NCBI GenBank assembly: GCA_045105515.1
Contig: JBGCDR010000068.1
Location: 1-14,908, forward strand
Source: Oligoflexales bacterium
Lineage (GTDB): Bacteria > Bdellovibrionota_B > Oligoflexia > Oligoflexales > Bog-1112
Length of the DNA: 14,908 nt
Direction of reading: 5' to 3'
Position numbers and translations under genes: made by a program. Below the pieces are notes generated by a model that ran no database searches, was not told where the DNA came from, and saw nothing but the letters and a program-made list of their open reading frames with translations. Of the stretch, positions 7,401 to 14,797 are shown piece after piece. How positions within the stretch are numbered: position 1 is the stretch's first letter; every line of letters starts with the position of its first letter.

Positions 7401-8429
7401 TTAGTTATAGCTTGAAGGATCAATATTTACCGCATAGACACGTTCTTTGCCAAAGATTTTACAAAGCTCTGTAAGTTGTGAAGACACTAGTGATGGTTCT
7501 AGGAGTGCTAAAATGCATCCGCCTCCTCCTGCACCCGTTAATTTTGCTGCTGGCAATCCAGCTTTATTGATTGCTTCGAGCATTTGATACAAAAGGTTTG
7601 AGCTCAAGCCAGCTTCTCCGAGCATGAAGGAAGCTCTATTCATAGCATGGGCTAATAGCTGTACGTTTCCATGTTCTAAAGCTGTAGCAGTTGTAGTTGC
7701 CAAATTCTCAAACTCTTCAAGTCGCTTGTCTCCTTGAGACTTGTTGAGAAAATAAGGGGAGGCTTGATGAATCATTGCTATTGTTGAGGAGCGAGTTTGG
7801 CTATCGATCAAGGCAAAATTCCATTGTGAATTACCCTTTGGAGCTAGAACCTTCAACCTTTTTGGTTGGGTTCCGATTTTGAATTGAATGATACTTTCGT
7901 AAGCAACTACAGCTGTGTCTAAGCCCGACGACTTACCATGGAATCGTGATTCCAAGTTTCTTCCTAGCTGCGCAAGGTCCTGTTCAGAAACCTCTTTGCC
8001 AACAAGATTCCCTAAAGCTTTGAGAATAACGATACTTAGTGCTGCTGAGGAACCTAATCCCGAACCGATAAGTACCTGGGAGGTGCCTTCTACGTCAACA
8101 GCAAACTTTTCAATGCCCAAGGAAGAAAAAGCATCATTGATGATACCAAGGGCGTGGTCTGAAACCTTATTATTCCCTAATCTTAGTGAGTTTTTTTTTC
8201 CTGCAGAGGGAAAAAGTTTGATGTGCATCTGCATGTTTGGCAGTGGCATTGCAACAGCTGACGCTCCATGAACGACCGCATGTTCTCCAACAATGATGGC
8301 TTTTCCGCAAGAGGAAGCCTCTATAGGTAGAGAACCTGTTAACGTACTTCCGTTTAAATAGGAACTCGAAGGGGGTTGAAAACGCTTCATCCTTAAAGCA
8401 ACCTTGTGTTTGTGAATTTTTTTGACCAC
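7401..8429 (-). CDS. mvk: Mevalonate kinase (GHMP kinase)
   Basis: GKAIIVGEHAVVHG, IGSGLGSSAA, FHGKSSGLD, AKLTGAGGGGC; adjacent to HMG-CoA reductase. The true start may be a downstream ATG (MKRF...). Confidence 0.93.
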   Translation of the reverse strand: MVKKIHKHKVALRMKRFQPPSSSYLNGSTLTGSLPIEASSCGKAIIVGEHAVVHGASAVAMPLPNMQMHIKLFPSAGKKNSLRLGNNKVSDHALGIINDAFSSLGIEKFAVDVEGTSQVLIGSGLGSSAALSIVILKALGNLVGKEVSEQDLAQLGRNLESRFHGKSSGLDTAVVAYESIIQFKIGTQPKRLKVLAPKGNSQWNFALIDSQTRSSTIAMIHQASPYFLNKSQGDKRLEEFENLATTTATALEHGNVQLLAHAMNRASFMLGEAGLSSNLLYQMLEAINKAGLPAAKLTGAGGGGCILALLEPSLVSSQLTELCKIFGKERVYAVNIDPSSYN

Positions 8430-8440
8430 TTATAAAGAAA

Positions 8441-9640
8441 TTATTGGTTGATTTTTTTAAGTAGGTCTAGGTTTTTTTCATGAAGTGCCATATGGCCTTG
8501 TTGAATTCCCTCTGAAGCTAAAGCCCTCAAAGCTGATAAGTTTTGTGCAAGTCCTACGCAGCAAATAATCTCGGCGAGTTCTTTTGCATTCGGACGTCCC
8601 AGCAGTTTGAGCGCAGCTTGCGCTGTGGGGTGAAGTTTTGTTACCCCCCCTACTGTTCCTACCGCCATTGGTAGTTCCAACTCCCCGTATAGATCGCCTT
8701 TTGGGGTTATGCTCCACTTGGTCATTGGACGATAGACACCGTCTTTGCAGCTAAATGCGTGAGCACCTGCTTCTATTGCTCGCCAGTCATTGCCAGTGGC
8801 GATTAGCACAGGATCAATTCCGTTCATAACGCCTTTATTGTGGGTGCTTGCTCGATATATATCATAGTAAGCAAACTGCCAGGCTCGGAATATTCTCTTA
8901 ACAACTTCTTCCCCAGAAAATTGCTTACTCTTGAAAGCGGTAGGTGGTACTAAGCATGTAGCTTTCGCAATACGCCGGTCAGTTAAATTACTAAGGATTC
9001 TTAAGCCTAAATCGCGACCAGGAAAAAGCTCATTTACAACCAAGAGTGAAACCTTTTCGCACATGGTGTTGACGATGTTTGCACCCATTGCATCACAGGT
9101 GTTGATATGCAGGCTTAAAACTAAGCTCTCTATCTCTGGGATATAGTACCAGCTCAAGTCCTCGGCACCTCCACCCCTATTCAGCAATCTTTCTTGGCCT
9201 ACATTTGCGTAGTCTATAATTGTCTGTTTTTTTTCTTTTAGAATTTCCTCAAAAGGTGTATTTGCTGTGACAAATATCTGAATTTGTCCTGTCATAATCG
9301 GGTCGCTACTACTTGTACGAAAACCATAAGCATAACGTGCAAGTTTAGCTCCATGACTTGCGGCAGCTAGAACACTACTTTCTTCAACAGCCATAGGGAT
9401 GAGTACATCTTTGCCATTTACCAAGAAATTAGTAGCTATCCCTAGGGGCAGGCTATAGGTACCCACTGCATTTTCTATGAAGGTGTCAGCAAGTTCGGCG
9501 GAAATAGCACCATATTGGTGGATGGCTTCTTTTTCCTCATTGTTCAAATTGGAAATTTTAGCCGAAACTTTGATGCGCTCATTTGCAGGTAAAGCATAAA
9601 AACCCGGTAAGCGAGATGAACGACCTTCCACCATTTCCAT
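8441..9640 (-). CDS. mvaA: Class II HMG-CoA reductase
   Basis: SRLPGFY, ENAVG, PMAVEESSVLAA, DAMGANIVN, THNKGVMNGID, GNDWRAIEAG, EGIQQGHMALH; purine-rich AAGGGGA upstream of the ATG. Confidence 0.96.
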   Translation of the reverse strand: MEMVEGRSSRLPGFYALPANERIKVSAKISNLNNEEKEAIHQYGAISAELADTFIENAVGTYSLPLGIATNFLVNGKDVLIPMAVEESSVLAAASHGAKLARYAYGFRTSSSDPIMTGQIQIFVTANTPFEEILKEKKQTIIDYANVGQERLLNRGGGAEDLSWYYIPEIESLVLSLHINTCDAMGANIVNTMCEKVSLLVVNELFPGRDLGLRILSNLTDRRIAKATCLVPPTAFKSKQFSGEEVVKRIFRAWQFAYYDIYRASTHNKGVMNGIDPVLIATGNDWRAIEAGAHAFSCKDGVYRPMTKWSITPKGDLYGELELPMAVGTVGGVTKLHPTAQAALKLLGRPNAKELAEIICCVGLAQNLSALRALASEGIQQGHMALHEKNLDLLKKINQ

Positions 9641-9872
9641 ATAAGTCCCCTTCTAATGCGCCTCAGTCTCTTCGTTCTCGAAAAAATAAGAAATATAGCT
9701 CCGCCTTAAACATTACTGTAATCAGGGCTAGGCTATCTATAATATTTGATACATTAATAAATTAAACAGGTTTTAAAAGGTATTGCCTTTTATAAATCGT
9801 TGTACTTATAGCCAATTTTTCGCGTAAATACCAAGGGTAAAATCCTAATTTCTTTTAATTTTAGGTGTTTAA
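9641..9872. promoter_or_regulatory. Divergent promoter region with inverted repeat TAAAAGG-N5-CCTTTTA (9774-9792)
   Basis: AT-rich 232-bp gap between the divergent hmgR and ABC ATPase genes; the IR is read directly from the sequence. Exact -35/-10 boxes not assigned. Confidence 0.55.
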
Positions 9873-10673
9873 ATGATCGAGTTAGACTCTGTAGCGAAAT
9901 CATATCCTGGGGTTCAGCTTTTGAAGGATATCAATATAAAGGTCTCAAATGGGGAGCGCGTGAGTATCGTTGGCCCTGGAGGATGTGGCAAGACCACAGT
10001 GCTCAAAATCCTGCTTGGCTTAGTTGCGCCAGATGCAGGTGATGTTCGTTTGATGGGGAATTCAATCTTGGGTATGAGTAGCTATGAACGCGAACAAATT
10101 ATGAAGAGCGTTGGCATGGCATTTCAACAAGGCGGTTTATTTGACTTCATGACTGTCAAAGAAAATCTGATGTTTGCCATGGAGCATATGACCTCGCAAT
10201 CCGCGAGCGAGATGTTGGAAACTGTGCGAAGCTTATTGGAAGGGGTGAAATTAGCTAGAACTGAGAATATGTATCCCCATGAATTGTCTGGCGGGATGAA
10301 AAGACGGGTAGGAATCGCTCGGGCACTTTGCACTAATCCTTCTATTGCAATCTTTGATGAACCAACTTCTGGCCTAGATCCTGTAACTTCAACCATTATC
10401 CTTAACATGATTGGCGATTTAGCTTCTGGAGGCGAGGAAAAAACTTTAGTGGTAGCCACCTCCAATACAGAAATAGCTGTACGCTTTGCTAGCAGAGTTA
10501 TAGTAATCAATGAGGGTAAAGTGGTTGCAGACGGTCCCTGGCGAGAACTGCTTGTTAATGGCAGTGATTGGGTAAAAAACTTTCTAGGTGTTCGCTTTAT
10601 CGGCTTAGACTTAGATTATGCTTATGAGCTTGATTTACCCAAAGCGTTCATTTCTCAGCATTGGCAGGTTTAA
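9873..10673 (+). CDS. ABC transporter ATP-binding protein, MlaF/Mkl-like
   Basis: Walker A GPGGCGKT, Q-loop GMAFQQGGLFD, signature LSGGMKRRVGIARAL, Walker B/D-loop IFDEPTSGLDP; the H-loop reads ATSN. Confidence 0.92.
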   Translation: MIELDSVAKSYPGVQLLKDINIKVSNGERVSIVGPGGCGKTTVLKILLGLVAPDAGDVRLMGNSILGMSSYEREQIMKSVGMAFQQGGLFDFMTVKENLMFAMEHMTSQSASEMLETVRSLLEGVKLARTENMYPHELSGGMKRRVGIARALCTNPSIAIFDEPTSGLDPVTSTIILNMIGDLASGGEEKTLVVATSNTEIAVRFASRVIVINEGKVVADGPWRELLVNGSDWVKNFLGVRFIGLDLDYAYELDLPKAFISQHWQV

Positions 10674-10712
10674 AGCTCAGCCATATCGTAAATAAAGAAT
10701 AGGAATAAGACA

Positions 10713-11567
10713 TTGCATATCTTGCTCAACATATTATCTATAATTTTGAGTAAATTGGGTTCCAGAAATCTGGAGAGACTTACTTATGGGATCACTTTTC
10801 TATTTTTCAAGATTTTTGGTTTGAGAAAAAAACTAATATTAAAAAACCTAGATATAGTTTTTGGGGATCACAAGACCAAAGCTCAAAAGGAACGTATAGG
10901 CTTTCAATCTTGTTACCATTTTGTACTAACAAGTTTAGAGTTCCTTGCTGAAAGAAACGGAAAATTAGGCGATCATGTAAGTATAGAAGGTGAGCAACAT
11001 TTGGCAGAAGTAAAGAAGCAAGGGAAGGGGGCCTATATTCTTTGTATTCATATGGGGAGCTGGGAGGCTATGGGTGGCGCTTTGACGCGACTGGGTTACC
11101 CCTCCAATGTGATCGTTAAAAAAGTAGGTTCGGAAAAAATGGATAGATTCATAAATGATCTAAGGCGAAAAAATGGCTTTTATGCCATTGTTCGGGAGAA
11201 AAAAGGGGACGCAGTCAAAGGAATTAAAAAGGCTTTAGACCGAAATGAGCTGGTAGGCTTTGTAATGGATCAGGCAAGACCTGGAGAGCCCATGCTACCT
11301 TTTTTTAATCGACCTGCAAAAACCAACACTAGCTTTGCTGCCATACATCGGAGAATTCCTGCTCCAATAATTCCTGTTTATATTACAAGAATTAAAGCCG
11401 GGCACCATCGTCTCAAAGTTTTGCCACCCCTTGACATAGAAGATGCGAAGAATTCATCAGCTGATGTCGAAACAAAATCACTTGCGTTTAATCGGGTTGT
11501 CGAGGATATGATTATGGCTTGTCCTGAGCAGTATTTTTGGATGCACAACCGCTGGAAGTTAAGCTAA
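10713..11567 (+). CDS. Lipid A late acyltransferase family protein (LpxL/HtrB-like lysophospholipid acyltransferase)
   Basis: HMGSWE catalytic HxxxxE/D motif, FVMDQ, PFF..PA.T, C-terminal PEQYFWMHNRWK; TTG start with AGGA upstream. Confidence 0.92.
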   Translation: MHILLNILSIILSKLGSRNLERLTYGITFLFFKIFGLRKKLILKNLDIVFGDHKTKAQKERIGFQSCYHFVLTSLEFLAERNGKLGDHVSIEGEQHLAEVKKQGKGAYILCIHMGSWEAMGGALTRLGYPSNVIVKKVGSEKMDRFINDLRRKNGFYAIVREKKGDAVKGIKKALDRNELVGFVMDQARPGEPMLPFFNRPAKTNTSFAAIHRRIPAPIIPVYITRIKAGHHRLKVLPPLDIEDAKNSSADVETKSLAFNRVVEDMIMACPEQYFWMHNRWKLS

Positions 11568-11570
11568 CGC

Positions 11571-11588
11571 TGGGTTTGACTAAACCCA
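11571..11588 (+). terminator. Hairpin directly after the acyltransferase stop (possible terminator or processing site)
   Basis: TGGGTTT-GACT-AAACCCA, a perfect 7-bp stem with no clear U-tract. Confidence 0.4.
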
Positions 11589-11635
11589 TATAACAGGGAC
11601 AAGCAAAAGAGATTTGTTCGAAACGGGAGGGAGTA

Positions 11636-11941
11636 ATGGGTATGTTTTTTTATTCAAAACGGAAAAAGCCATCATCGATTCGCAAGATGCCTTGGCTGCC
11701 AAGGTTTGGATTTTATCTTGATTTTGCTGGCATAGAAATTGTTTACAAACAGGTTCCAATGATGGAAACGGTTGCTAACCTAATGGAGCGAGGGTTCACT
11801 ATTTCCCACCTTAACCGTATTAAAAGGGAGCAGTTTGCTGAGATTGTTTTTCCTCTTATTAAGAAGTCAAAAGTGTTTCAAACCACTGCAAAAACCATTT
11901 CGGTAGAGTCCATTAAGAAGAAGAAGCGTAACGGTTTTTAG
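11636..11941 (+). CDS. Small basic hypothetical protein (101 aa)
   Basis: Strong SD-like GGGAGGGAG just upstream of two ATGs; Lys/Arg-rich; no recognised domain. Confidence 0.65.
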   Translation: MGMFFYSKRKKPSSIRKMPWLPRFGFYLDFAGIEIVYKQVPMMETVANLMERGFTISHLNRIKREQFAEIVFPLIKKSKVFQTTAKTISVESIKKKKRNGF

Positions 11942-12463
11942 TTAAAAATTGTTAAGCTTTCTTCAGCTAAAGGGTATTCCCTTTCAGAATGGCTATTTAT
12001 AGGGAGATAGGGCAGTAATTTGCCATGATTTAAGTTTGAGATAAAGCTCTGATATATGATAAACAGGGCTGAAATCTAAAAAACCCAATCTTCTTTTGGC
12101 TGCTCGCATGAACCCAAACTAAATGCTTTTTCTTGTTTGGGTTAGTTGAAGCTAGAAACCTCAGTAGATAAGTAGTAGTTTCTATCGAAATTTCCATATT
12201 AAATTTCTAAGGCCTTGGGTTGGTATTATTTAATTTTCGGATAGGATTTTTTCCAGAATTCAAGATCATCACTATTTTAGGCAATATTCTAAACCCAAAA
12301 TCCAAACCAGTGTCTACGAAAAAAAGATAAAATTGTATCAAACTCTGTGAGTAACACCACTGATTCCTGCCAATTTGATATTAATAATTTATAGAGATAA
12401 GCAAGAGGTACAAAAAACATTCACTTCTTCAGTACTTCTATTGATGTAGAAATAACGAATAGT

Positions 12464-12501
12464 GATAGAATAGGTATTAACACCAATACAAGGATTCTAT
12501 C
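12464..12501 (+). promoter_or_regulatory. Inverted repeat covering the RBS of the 12504 gene
   Basis: GATAGAAT-ag-GTATT-aacacc-AATAC-aagg-ATTCTATC; AAGGA (12490-12494) lies in the 3' arm. Confidence 0.5.
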
Positions 12502-12503
12502 GA

Positions 12504-13055
12504 ATGAGAAAGGTTGTGTTTAAACGTTTACTTTTTTGGGTTTTACTCATTCTTCTTTTAATTATAAAAGAAGAAAACTTGCTAGCTTCTCACTACAATA
12601 GTTTTGGACTTAGGTTTGGATTGGGTTTGGCTCAGGTGACTCAAGGTATTCAGACACCCCAAGTGAATGGAATTTATACTCTTGATGGTCTTGGCCTTAG
12701 TATGAGTAGTGTGGGATTCAGAAACGACTACATGTACTTTTCGTCGCAGGTTTTTAGCTTACTTTGGGGGTGGCGGTTTGGGTCATATTTGTGGGGAGAC
12801 CTGGAAGGGGGATTTGGACCATCCATCATGAATAGCGAACGCGGGTTTTATGATTCTCAGGATCATGAAGAAAAAGCTGTAGATTATTCTTTTGGGGTCT
12901 GTTTTAGGTTAGATTGGTTTATTCTAGATCCATTTTTTCTAGGTGTGAGCAATCATTATGGTACTTTTCCACAGCATGCTTTAGTAACCTTAGGTGATAT
13001 ACTCAACTTTGATATCCAATACGTTACTTCATTTCAGTTAGGTACTAGATTTTGA
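12504..13055 (+). CDS. Exported protein, probable small outer-membrane beta-barrel
   Basis: Signal peptide-like N-terminus; Gly/aromatic amphipathic strands; C-terminal FQLGTRF beta-signal ending in Phe. Confidence 0.65.
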   Translation: MRKVVFKRLLFWVLLILLLIIKEENLLASHYNSFGLRFGLGLAQVTQGIQTPQVNGIYTLDGLGLSMSSVGFRNDYMYFSSQVFSLLWGWRFGSYLWGDLEGGFGPSIMNSERGFYDSQDHEEKAVDYSFGVCFRLDWFILDPFFLGVSNHYGTFPQHALVTLGDILNFDIQYVTSFQLGTRF

Positions 13056-13471
13056 AAGTAATTATTTTATTCTTTATGATTTTGTACTCGTTTCAAACTG
13101 CGCAAGGTACTTTAAAAAAAGATGTGCATTTTGTTGTACTTGTTACCAATCTAAATCTTCTTGCTATTAGTCCCTCTTACTTAGGTGCAATTAGGCTAGG
13201 TTTCGGCGGATTTGAAATCGGGATGCTCAACACTCACATGTATGGATTTATTTATAACTTATACAAAGAAAATACTTTTGGGGGACTGGGTTTGGTCCGA
13301 GGTTCAATTGTTTATCGAGGGACAAACCCAGAACCTGGTATTTTTGCAAATATGGGCCATAACTTCAACTTAAGTTCTACTTTCGATCTTAGACTTGAAT
13401 TGAATAGTAGCTGCTTCAAAAACTTTGATTTTTACAGTCGACTACTTATTGGCATAGATTATGATTTTTAA
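13052..13471 (+). CDS. Exported protein, probable small outer-membrane beta-barrel
   Basis: Signal peptide MKVIILFFMILYSFQTAQG; amphipathic strands; C-terminal LLIGIDYDF; TTGA overlap with the upstream stop codon. Confidence 0.62.
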   Translation: MKVIILFFMILYSFQTAQGTLKKDVHFVVLVTNLNLLAISPSYLGAIRLGFGGFEIGMLNTHMYGFIYNLYKENTFGGLGLVRGSIVYRGTNPEPGIFANMGHNFNLSSTFDLRLELNSSCFKNFDFYSRLLIGIDYDF

Positions 13472-14168
13472 ATGGAAGACTATGTATAAAATTTACTTAT
13501 TTCTATTTTTCATTTTTTTTAACATGGGTTTTCAAGTTTATGAAAGGGAGCCTCATTTTATAAATGAATCTTTTCCTACTCTTTGGATTAAAGTATGTGA
13601 AAACGAGAACACAGCAGAATTTAGTGACAATGCTTTCAACAGCTTACCTGGTGGCGATACATTGAAAAATAGTAGTGCCTCAGTACGAGAAACTATGCAA
13701 AATATTATTGACAATGACTTCAATTCTATATCCTCTTCTTATTTAAATATTGAACTTTACCCTATTGATCCAAATAACCCTCATGTAGGTTCAAGCTATA
13801 CTTCTGTAGTTGAAGGACAAAATCGCATACTAGATTTATGTTTTCTATCAGCAAACAGTGGTGGTGGAGCGGACTTATGGTGGGATGGTGGAAAAATTGA
13901 ATCATGTAATTTCTATTTGGGGCAAAAATATAAAGATGATGTTCGCAACTTTATCACCTTATTTTCTCATGAACTGGGGCATTGTTTAGGAATAGATCAT
14001 CCCCATGATACTATCAATTCGGTGCTTTCCTATTATAGGAAAATCGAAGGGTATCGGTTAATGGTTGATGACCGCATGGCACTTACTTACCTTTACCCTC
14101 TTAGAGATGCTGAAAAAGATCATGAAATACAGGATACCTATGGCTTCTCATGTCAGCGTAGAAAGTAG
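13461..14168 (+). CDS. Secreted matrixin-like (metzincin) zinc metalloprotease
   Basis: HELGHCLGIDH (HExxHxxGxxH, 13968-14000), downstream L..DD..AL..LY, hydrophobic N-terminus; alternative ATG at 13482. Confidence 0.88.
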   Translation: MIFKWKTMYKIYLFLFFIFFNMGFQVYEREPHFINESFPTLWIKVCENENTAEFSDNAFNSLPGGDTLKNSSASVRETMQNIIDNDFNSISSSYLNIELYPIDPNNPHVGSSYTSVVEGQNRILDLCFLSANSGGGADLWWDGGKIESCNFYLGQKYKDDVRNFITLFSHELGHCLGIDHPHDTINSVLSYYRKIEGYRLMVDDRMALTYLYPLRDAEKDHEIQDTYGFSCQRRK

Positions 14169-14246
14169 TGGCATGATCAGCATAATTTTTTGTAAAAAGT
14201 CCAAATTTAATTTCACAATTAGAGGTCAATATGGCAAGGAATAATC

Positions 14247-14797
14247 TTGGAAAATTATTATGATACTCTTGGAGTGCCGCAAAACGCTAAGCACAGCGTT
14301 ATAAAAGCGAAGTATAGAAAACTTGCGTTAAAATATCATCCTGATAGAAACAGCAGTACAAAAATTGAGGAAAAATTTAAGCAAATTACTGAAGCTTACA
14401 ATACTTTAAAGAACCCTAGCTCTCGAAAGAAGTATGACGAATTATTATCACGATCTACGAGGATATTTAATCAAAATAGAAAGGCTAAAGAGAAAAAAAA
14501 CAATGAAAATAGTAGATATAATCAATACCAGAAAGGTAAGGGAGAAGACTTTGTTTTTTATGAGCCATTTAATTCCAAGAATCATTTAGTTTTTATAAAC
14601 TTGAACAATGTTTTTTTATACCTTTATTTTCACTCACAATTTTTCTAGTTTATAATTCTTACTATTATAATTCTTTTAGTTTATTTCCGACTTTATTAAA
14701 CGGATTTTTTAGTATAGCTTTTTTTGTCGGGGCCCCAGTGGGACTCTTTGCGATAAAAATAAGCTTAAAATTTATGTATAGGAATTTCAATAACTGA
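14247..14797 (+). pseudogene. J-domain (DnaJ-like) membrane protein split by a frameshift
   Basis: NYYDTLGV...IKAKYRKLALKYHPDRN...FKQITEAYNTL...RKKYD with RBS AAGGA. The first frame stops at 14648, while the -1 frame is open 14573-14797 and encodes two hydrophobic helices. The J-domain call is solid; the frameshift interpretation is less so. Confidence 0.65.

Noticed and set aside
5233..10510. ORFs nested in or antisense to mqnE, mvk, hmgR and the ABC gene (5233, 5555, 6007, 6796, 7218, 7915, 8478, 8931, 9583, 10124)
   Set aside because: They overlap well-supported enzymes and have no recognisable domains; typical antisense shadows.
12289..12420. 43-aa minus-strand ORF MFFVPLAYLYKLLISNWQESVVLLTEFDTILSFFRRHWFGFWV
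   Set aside because: No convincing RBS and short enough to occur by chance; it would need homologues or expression data.
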